A program made the translations under genes and the position numbers. 46,116 bases of DNA, taken from contig JBBTTU010000017.1 of the NCBI GenBank assembly GCA_038064075.1, positions 1 to 46,116 of the forward strand, given 5' to 3'. The notes below the pieces were generated by a model. The model saw only the letters and a list, made by a program, of their open reading frames with translations. It had not been told where the DNA came from and made no database searches. This DNA is from Patescibacteria group bacterium. GTDB lineage: Bacteria; Patescibacteriota; Minisyncoccia; HO2-45-28. This document shows, one piece after another, positions 39,674 to 46,116 of this stretch. Positions within the stretch are counted from its first letter, which is position 1; every line of letters starts with the position of its first letter.

Positions 39674-40123
39674 TTAAGGACTGGCCTCTTGCCAGCCGGG
39701 CGATTTGCCCAAAATGGAATCGGTTTCCAAATAATAATGCAAAGTGTAGGCTTCGGGACTGTCCGATTCGTAGCAATAAACATATGAACCGGCTGCCAAA
39801 CAAACTCCGCTCCCGCCTCCGAGAGGATCAACCGCCAGCGACGAACTGACCACTCCTTCATTAATTAAAGCTTGAGACAAGCAGTCGCTTGTGCCGTTGA
39901 TTACCGCAAGAGCGCAAACCGGATACTGCCTACGATTGACATGATAAATATCAAGCATATTTTGAATCTGTTTGATGTCTTCGGCCCGCCGGGCGTCGCG
40001 GCCGCGGGCTCTGGCGCCGGTAATTGAAACAAAAATAATGGATAAAATAAAACCGGCGATTGCCAAAACCACCAGCAACTCAACAATAGTAAATCCTCGT
40101 TTAATTGAAAATTTTTTATTCAT
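39674..40123 (-). CDS. Type IV pilin-like protein (GspG-like)
   Basis: G|FTIVELLVVLAI, RDARRAEDIKQIQ. Confidence 0.88.
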   Translation of the reverse strand: MNKKFSIKRGFTIVELLVVLAIAGFILSIIFVSITGARARGRDARRAEDIKQIQNMLDIYHVNRRQYPVCALAVINGTSDCLSQALINEGVVSSSLAVDPLGGGSGVCLAAGSYVYCYESDSPEAYTLHYYLETDSILGKSPGWQEASP

Positions 40124-40136
40124 AATTCTTAATTCA

Positions 40137-41849
40137 TTATATTTGAATTAACTGTTCAAAGCCGACCCGGCCGTCAAGCAATTTCAAAATTCCGTCTTCA
40201 TGCATGGTAATCATGCCTTGGCGCCTTGCTTCTTTTTCCAGCGCTTCCGGACGGGAATCGTTTAAAATAACTTTTTCCAATTCTTTGGTCGCGCTTAAAA
40301 CCTCAAAAACCCCGATCCGGCCGCGCGTGCCTTTGGGACAGGCGGCCGACGGCATGGCTTCATAAATTTCCTTCGGCCATTTTATTTTTCTTTTGACAAC
40401 TTCGGACACGTCTTTCAATTCCCGATCCAGTTTTTCTTTGAGTTCATCCGTCATTTTCAAAGCTTTGCGCGACTCGGGACAAAGAGTCTGAATCAAACGC
40501 TGGGCAACCACCGCCGCCATAGTCGGAGCGATCAGATACGGATCAATGCCCATGTCCATCAGCCTCGGTATGGCTCCGATGGCATTGTTGGTGTGAAGCG
40601 TTGACAAAACCAGATGTCCGGTCAGGGCGGCGTGAATCGCCAAAGCGGCAGTTTCCTTGTCCCGTATCTCGCCTACCAGTATTATATCAGGATCCTGGCG
40701 AAGTATGGAACGGAGTCCGTTGGCAAAATCATATCCGATTTCCGGCCGGACTTGAGACTGATTGACGCCTTTAATGTTGTATTCAACCGGATCTTCAAGA
40801 CTGACTAAATTTGACCGCTCGCTGTTAATGGTCTGAAGCATGGCGTAAAGGGTGGTGGTTTTTCCGGAGCCGGTCGGACCGGTCAGCAAAATCAATCCGT
40901 ACGGCCGCTTAAGCGCGTTTTCTATTTCTTCCAAATTGCGGCCTTCCAGGCCCAGACTTTTTAAGTCATAAACATTTTTTTCCGGATCTAAAATGCGGAT
41001 CGCCACTTTTTCGCCGAAAGACGTCGGCATGGTGGAAACCCGAAAATCAATTTCACGCTCGCCGACTTTGGCTGAAAATCTTCCGTCCTGCGGTTTTCTT
41101 TTTTCATCCAACTGCATATTGGTCAGAATTTTGATCCGGGAAACAACCGCTTCGTGCATTTTAAGCGGCAGCCAAAGGCTGGTGTAAAGAATTCCATCCA
41201 CTCTGAATCTAACCCGCAGTTTGTCTTTGGAAGGTTCAATATGGATGTCAGAAGCCCGGCCCTCGGTGGCGTGCTTGATGATCACCGCGACCATCTTGGT
41301 TACCGGCGCTTCTTCAACAAAAACTCCTTCTATGACCGTTCCCGGAGCGACCAAAACCGGTTTTTCCTCCTGTAAAGCTATTTCAAATTCGGAAAGAACG
41401 CCGCTTACTTCTCCGCCAAGGCTTTTATATTCTTCCAAAACCGTTTCAAGATCGGCGCCTGAAATAACGTATATTTTAAAAGGAATGTTTGTTTTGGAGG
41501 CGATAAACTTTATGGCTTCTCTGGCTTCAATATTGGCCGGATCAAACATTCCGATTTCCAAAACTCCGTCTTTTACGCCAAGCGGGGCAAATTGATAAAG
41601 GCGCGCCGACTCCTCGGGCAAAAATTTCAGCACTTCAACATCCACTTTCTGGCCTTTCAATTCATAAACCGGAACGCCGTAAGTTTCGCTTTTGGCCGCG
41701 AGTATCTCGCCGGGCGCGATGCCGCGGCTTTCCAAAATTTTATCAACCGGAACGCCGCTGGACGCTGATTCGTTTTTTATTCTCGCGGCGGCGTTTGCGT
41801 TGATTAAACCCTTCTCGGTCAGACGATCAATAAAATAAAGATCGGGCAT
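40137..41849 (-). CDS. pilB: Type IV pilus assembly ATPase (PilB/GspE)
   Basis: ASDIHIEP, RFRVDG, PQDGRF, GPTGSGKTTTLY, LRQDPDIILVGEIRD, TGHLVLSTLHTN. Confidence 0.95.
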   Translation of the reverse strand: MPDLYFIDRLTEKGLINANAAARIKNESASSGVPVDKILESRGIAPGEILAAKSETYGVPVYELKGQKVDVEVLKFLPEESARLYQFAPLGVKDGVLEIGMFDPANIEAREAIKFIASKTNIPFKIYVISGADLETVLEEYKSLGGEVSGVLSEFEIALQEEKPVLVAPGTVIEGVFVEEAPVTKMVAVIIKHATEGRASDIHIEPSKDKLRVRFRVDGILYTSLWLPLKMHEAVVSRIKILTNMQLDEKRKPQDGRFSAKVGEREIDFRVSTMPTSFGEKVAIRILDPEKNVYDLKSLGLEGRNLEEIENALKRPYGLILLTGPTGSGKTTTLYAMLQTINSERSNLVSLEDPVEYNIKGVNQSQVRPEIGYDFANGLRSILRQDPDIILVGEIRDKETAALAIHAALTGHLVLSTLHTNNAIGAIPRLMDMGIDPYLIAPTMAAVVAQRLIQTLCPESRKALKMTDELKEKLDRELKDVSEVVKRKIKWPKEIYEAMPSAACPKGTRGRIGVFEVLSATKELEKVILNDSRPEALEKEARRQGMITMHEDGILKLLDGRVGFEQLIQI

Positions 41850-41852
41850 ATT

Positions 41853-42158
41853 TTACTGTTTTTCTAACGGGGCGAAAGGATTCGGACGGCCTTTTTCGGC
41901 CGGTTCGGCGATATTGGGAGTGAAGTCCTGAAAACTGCGGTAGATCGGTCCGGCAATAAACTCAAAATCAAATTTAAGCCCTTCCAGCGACTCAAGCAAA
42001 GTCAAAAGCGAACGGTTGCTGACATCCGCGCTTGCGGCCATTTTGGCGACCGGCTGGCTGGGCTCTGAAGCCAAAAAACGATACCAAATAAACGCCGAGC
42101 CGATAATGGCGACCGCGATCAGAAAAGTTAATATGGCCGATTTAAATTTCTGGCTCAT
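41853..42158 (-). CDS. Small membrane-anchored pilus-locus protein (PilP position)
   Basis: N-terminal TM, C-terminal GRPNPFAP; follows pilO. Confidence 0.7.
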   Translation of the reverse strand: MSQKFKSAILTFLIAVAIIGSAFIWYRFLASEPSQPVAKMAASADVSNRSLLTLLESLEGLKFDFEFIAGPIYRSFQDFTPNIAEPAEKGRPNPFAPLEKQ

Positions 42159-42703
42159 TTTATTCCTAAAATATAGCTGTTAACCGTCAAAGAAAAATCA
42201 TACAAATCTTTGTCTCCGCCGGATGAAAAAGAAACATCGGTTATATCAATGATCCTCAGGCTCTTTTCAAGTTCTTTGATAAAATTAATAAAATTCTCAT
42301 AATTGCCGGAAACGGAGAATGTCAGCGAAACAATATTATCCTTATTGTCTTTGTTTTTATCGCTTTTTGATTTCGGCAATGTTTTGGCGTCGGCAACATT
42401 GATATTTTTAAGAAAAAGATTGTTTTGGCTTGCCATATTGGCCAGCTGGACGACCAGAATTCCGGATTTCGGAATTTCGGGCACGGCATTTTTTATTTTT
42501 TTCAATTCCTCATCCGGTATGGTATTGTAGCTTTGCAAAAGAGCGTCGCGGGTTTTGCGCAAAACATTGACGCGGGCGATAACCGATTCAAAATTCTGTT
42601 TTTCAACTCCAAGCTCGCGGATCTCGCTCCGCATCGGCTGGCTCCAGAAAAAAAAGAGCGAAAAGGCCGCGGCCAACAAAATTATAGCGAAAAAAAATCT
42701 CAT
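42155..42703 (-). CDS. pilO: PilO-like protein
   Basis: TM, coiled coil, SGNYENFINFIKELEKSLRIIDI; M-N-O gene order. Confidence 0.85.
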   Translation of the reverse strand: MRFFFAIILLAAAFSLFFFWSQPMRSEIRELGVEKQNFESVIARVNVLRKTRDALLQSYNTIPDEELKKIKNAVPEIPKSGILVVQLANMASQNNLFLKNINVADAKTLPKSKSDKNKDNKDNIVSLTFSVSGNYENFINFIKELEKSLRIIDITDVSFSSGGDKDLYDFSLTVNSYILGIK

Positions 42704-42707
42704 AAAA

Positions 42708-43265
42708 TCATTCGGGTTGATAAAAAATTAAATCCGGCTGGACGGTAAAGATCGTGTTGAAATTGACGAGCCCGCCGGAGCTCAAAACAAAATTTGAAAA
42801 AGAAACATCCTTGATCAAACGGCTCTTTTCAAAAATTAAAGACTGCTCGGCCAAAGCGACGTACGAGCGGGCCGTGCCGGTCAGGCCGACTTTGCCGCCG
42901 TTATAGCTGAAATTGGAAAAACGGACGCTGGCAATGGTGTTTTCTTCCAAAAATTTAAAAAGGCGCGACAGGGCGACATGTTTTTGAGTCAGGTTTTTGA
43001 TGGAATTGATTGCCAAAGCGGTCTGCTGTAATTCAACGATTAGAGCCGGTTCAAATTCGCCTTCCACTTTTTGAAGCGTGGCCGAAAGATTATTAATCTG
43101 CCCCCGGATCAAACCGCGGTAAAAAAAGAGTCCGACCGAAATCAAAAGAGATATGGCGAATAAAATAAACGCCCCGGTGTTGAGCCAGCCGATCCCGCGC
43201 GCCTGATACAGCGTTTTTTCGGCCATCGGCGCAATTTTGGGAATAAATGTTTCTTTTTCAACCAT
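42708..43265 (-). CDS. pilN: PilN-like protein
   Basis: TM, coiled coil, LTGTARSY..LAEQ; lies between pilM and pilO. Confidence 0.75.
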   Translation of the reverse strand: MVEKETFIPKIAPMAEKTLYQARGIGWLNTGAFILFAISLLISVGLFFYRGLIRGQINNLSATLQKVEGEFEPALIVELQQTALAINSIKNLTQKHVALSRLFKFLEENTIASVRFSNFSYNGGKVGLTGTARSYVALAEQSLIFEKSRLIKDVSFSNFVLSSGGLVNFNTIFTVQPDLIFYQPE

Positions 43266-43286
43266 TTTTATTTTTTATATTTAATA

Positions 43287-44419
43287 TTATTTTAATCCTC
43301 TTAAAGCCAGACCTATGGCCGTGGCAAACGACGGCCCGACTTCTTTGACTGCCGGCTGGACCAAAGACGGGAATTCCAAACGGTTAAACGGCTGGCCCAG
43401 ACTGGTTTCAAGACCGAAACGTTCGGCTGCTTTTTCCACTAAACCTTTTAGCAGTCCGCCACCGCCGTAAATAATCACCCGGCTGATGGATCGACCTGAT
43501 TTGCGCCGGTAATCCAAAAGCGCCGGCCGGCTTCGGAAAACAAACGGTCAACCAGCGGCTCAATGATGCTTTTGATTTCCTGATGCTCCGGCTTGTCCGA
43601 AAGGCCAATGACGCGCTTCAATTCTTCGGCTCGGGCAAAATTAACATTCAAAGATCTGGCCAAAGTTTCGCTGATTTCCTGCGATCCGCGCTCATAAGCG
43701 TAAACCATGCGGACGATTCCGTAATCAACCGCGGTGATTTTGGCGCTGGCCGCTCCGGCGTCAATCAAGAGCACCGGCGCCAAGTCACTGGCCAAAATCG
43801 ACCTCGCCGCGCTGAATATTTCTATTTCAAAAGCCAAAACCTGAAGACCGGCTGATTTTAAAATGGAACGGTATTTATCCAAAATTTCTTTGTGGATCGC
43901 CACCAAAAGCACTGACATAAATTTCTTTTTCTTGACCAGTCCCTCGTTGTCATTCGCGCTTGGATTCGCGCTGAAACCTTCGGGAATAATCCACCAGTCG
44001 AGCGTAACATCGGCTATCGGCACCGGCACGTAGCGACGAGCTTCAAATTTTATGGCCTCGCCCAATTCCCTCTCGCTCATCAGCGGCATGTCAATTACGG
44101 TAACAAAACTGGAATGCATCGGAACGTTAATTACGGCGTCTTTGGATTTGATTCCGGCTTCTTTAATAAGATCCGAAATCGCCTCTTTGGCTTTGGCGTC
44201 GTCAATCTTTGCAGCCCGGCCGACCTCTACTCCTCCGTAAGGCCCGGTGGCCAACTCGCCGTAAGTTTCCAAAATCGCCCGCTCCTTAAACCGGCGAAGC
44301 TGCACCATTTTAATTGAAGAAGAACCGAAATCAACGCCTAAAACGCTTTCAGCCTCTTTTTTCCACGGCCAAAAGCTTTTCGGCAGCGTCAAACTCTTGA
44401 AAAATGATAATTCCGACAT
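43287..44419 (-). pseudogene. pilM: PilM split by a 1-nt frameshift near 43522 (pseudogene or assembly error)
   Basis: ORF 43475..44419 has GVDFGSSSIK and EARRYVP but loses similarity after SEAGR; the actin-like C-terminus (IIYGGGGLLKGL...PF...ATAIGLALR) lies in ORF 43287..43517. Confidence 0.85.
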
Positions 44420-44490
44420 GCATTATGTGGCTTTGCCTTCCCAGGTTTGCCTCTTTCATTATATCATAAGATAATTTTTACTAATGCCAC

Positions 44491-44499
44491 TTATCCACA
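44491..44499 (+). promoter_or_regulatory. Perfect DnaA box in the divergent pilM/comF intergenic region
   Basis: TTATCCACA; minus-strand TATAAT at 44458-44463. Confidence 0.55.
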
Positions 44500-44523
44500 A
44501 ATTAGTTTATCCGGGAACGAAAC

Positions 44524-45159
44524 ATGTTTGACTCTCGCAAAATTGTTCCGTTTTTAATTGAAATTATTCTGCCCAAGAAATGCCTGTCCTGCGGCCGATT
44601 CGGCAAATATATTTGTCCGAAATGCTTTGATAAAATTTTTGAACCGGAAGCGCGGTCGCTGCCGTCATTGAATATCGTTATTTCAGCCGGCGCTTACGCC
44701 AACCCCATTCTCAAAAGGATTTTACGCCAGTTCAAATTCCGCCGCAGCCAGGCTTTGAAAGACGATCTGGCCGATCTGATGCTGAAAGCGGCCGGTTCCA
44801 ATTTGACAGCCGGCTCTCAAATTCTGGCAATACCGATGACGGCCAAAAGAAAAAGAGAACGGGGATTCAATCAGGCCGAGCTTTTAGCCAAAACTTTGGC
44901 TCAAAAAACAAATTTGCCGCTGGCAGACGGCTTGGTTAAAATTAAAAAAACAAAGCCGCAAGCCGAAATAAAAATTCGCAAAGAAAGATTGGAAAACGTG
45001 AAAAACGCTTTTGGTTTGAAACCCGGCTTCAAGCCGGCCGAGACCGTAATTTTAATTGACGACATCTCAACGACCGGCGCGACCTTGAGCGAAGCGGCGC
45101 GGGTCTTAAAAAAAGCCGGAACCAAAAAAGTAATCGGATTAGTGGTTGCCGGAGGGTGA
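44524..45159 (+). CDS. comF: ComF family competence protein (Zn ribbon plus PRTase)
   Basis: C..C......C..C, ERGFNQAELLA, RLENVKNAF, LIDDISTTGATL. Confidence 0.93.
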   Translation: MFDSRKIVPFLIEIILPKKCLSCGRFGKYICPKCFDKIFEPEARSLPSLNIVISAGAYANPILKRILRQFKFRRSQALKDDLADLMLKAAGSNLTAGSQILAIPMTAKRKRERGFNQAELLAKTLAQKTNLPLADGLVKIKKTKPQAEIKIRKERLENVKNAFGLKPGFKPAETVILIDDISTTGATLSEAARVLKKAGTKKVIGLVVAGG

Positions 45160-45231
45160 AAAGTGTAATCAGCGATGTTCTATAAACAGATTATCTCAAG
45201 AAGACCGACTCAAGAGAGCTTCTAACGGGGG

Positions 45232-45261
45232 TTGACACTACTGATACACTTTTGATACACT
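45232..45261 (+). promoter_or_regulatory. Toxin-antitoxin promoter with direct-repeat operator
   Basis: TTGACA-N18-TACACT; TGATACACT repeated at 45242 and 45253 (11-bp period). Confidence 0.65.
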
Positions 45262-45289
45262 AAATATATTATTGGTTAACGTATTGTTT

Positions 45290-45511
45290 ATGTCAACGAC
45301 AAAAACAAGAATAAACATAAGTCTGCCGGATAAAATGCGCCGCGTCCTTTCCAAAATCGCGGAGCGCGACCGTGTGCCCGAGGCGACGAAAGCGGCCCAT
45401 CTTATTGAAAACGCGCTCGAACTTGAAGAAGACATGATGTGGAATAAAATTGCCGAAAAGAGAGACAAAGATAAAACGAAATTCGTGCCTCATCAAAAAG
45501 CATGGAGGTAA
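45290..45511 (+). CDS. Ribbon-helix-helix antitoxin
   Basis: MSTTKTRINISLP beta ribbon, acidic ALELEED, overlaps the toxin start. Confidence 0.85.
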   Translation: MSTTKTRINISLPDKMRRVLSKIAERDRVPEATKAAHLIENALELEEDMMWNKIAEKRDKDKTKFVPHQKAWR

Positions 45512-45783
45512 GATTTTCGATTAAATATCACTATTTGGTCGTTAAAAACGATATTCCAAAACTGCCCTTGTTGTGGAAAAGAAAGATTAAAACGGCTATT
45601 GAAGAAAAGCTTGCAACATTGCCGGAACTTTATGGAAAACCGCTTCGTTATTCACTCAAAAATTATAGAAAGCTCCGCGTAGGAGATTATCGCGTTATCT
45701 TTCGGATTGAAAAATGGATGGTGAAAGTTTTGGTTATTCAGCACCGTTCAGCCGCGTATAAATCCGCTGAAAAAAGAGCATAA
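45502..45783 (+). CDS. RelE/ParE family toxin
   Basis: GKPLRYSLKNYRKLRVGDYRVIF...IQHR...Y. Confidence 0.92.
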   Translation: MEVRFSIKYHYLVVKNDIPKLPLLWKRKIKTAIEEKLATLPELYGKPLRYSLKNYRKLRVGDYRVIFRIEKWMVKVLVIQHRSAAYKSAEKRA

Positions 45784-45847
45784 ATCTTCGTCTTATTGCA
45801 AAAGATATAAAAATTAACTTAATATTAATTTAATATAATGCCATTAA

Positions 45848-45937
45848 GGAGGCGTGGCTGAGTGGTTGAAAGCGGCACCGTGCTAAGGTGTTAAGGGAGC
45901 AATCCCTTCATAGGTTCGAATCCTATCGCCTCCGCCA
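45848..45937 (+). tRNA. tRNA-Ser(GCT), CCA encoded
   Basis: GGAGGCG/CGCCTCC acceptor stem, GCACC-GTGCTAA-GGTGT, long variable arm AAGGGA-GCAA-TCCCTT, G73. Confidence 0.94.
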
Positions 45938-46062
45938 GTTGGGAAATGAAGTCATTGGCTCGCCCGCTACGCGGGCTCGCCAGCCGTTTTTCGGGGAAAT
46001 TTCAAGCCGTTTTGAATTCAGTAAGGCCAAAAGCGGGCTTTTCTTGAATAAAATCAAAAAAT

Positions 46063-46116
46063 ATGACCACATACAAACACACTCAAATTGGTTACCTGAT
46101 GCTGGTTGTCACGCTG
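46063..46116 (+). CDS. Start of a hypothetical membrane protein, truncated by the window edge
   Basis: MTTYKHTQIGYLMLVVTL after an A-rich leader; only 18 codons visible. Confidence 0.5.
   Translation, partial: MTTYKHTQIGYLMLVVTL

Noticed and set aside
38602-39861. Long N-terminal extensions of pilT, gatA, folA, tmk, dgkA and the SurA-like ORF in the track
   Set aside because: They overlap upstream genes or promoters; downstream ATGs match the family starts.
44491-44499. Replication origin
   Set aside because: A single DnaA box with no cluster, no unwinding element and no dnaA nearby.

Overview
Gene-dense chromosomal segment of a small-genome bacterium, most likely Patescibacteria/CPR (Parcubacteria-like). 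That lineage call is inferred from the gene set and protein styles. It carries housekeeping genes (thrS, tyrS, lepA, secDF, folA-thyA-tmk, rplK-nusG-secE, gyrB, a single-chain pheS, murB, gatCA, ligA) and five tRNAs (Gly-CCC, Asp-GTC, two CAT, Ser-GCT). It also has a type IV pilus/competence locus (pilM frameshifted, pilN/O, pilB, pilT, pilC, pilD, six pilin-like genes, comF), a RelE/RHH toxin-antitoxin pair and three secreted surface proteins. The most striking unexplained structure is a family of ~80-bp miniature inverted-repeat elements with ends CCCGTTAG...CTAACGGG. Two copies sit in frame at exactly the Gly-Phe-Thr prepilin cleavage codons of two minor pilin genes and rebuild the G|FTLxE site, so prepilin peptidase would remove the inserted peptide. 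Other copies or solo ends overlap start and stop codons. Further small elements include a 357-bp fold-back element with 23-bp perfect terminal repeats upstream of lepA, a structured element duplicating the 3' end of tRNA-fMet, and 21-30-bp in-frame inserts in thrS, tyrS and gyrB. No transposase, integrase, reverse transcriptase or CRISPR array was seen.
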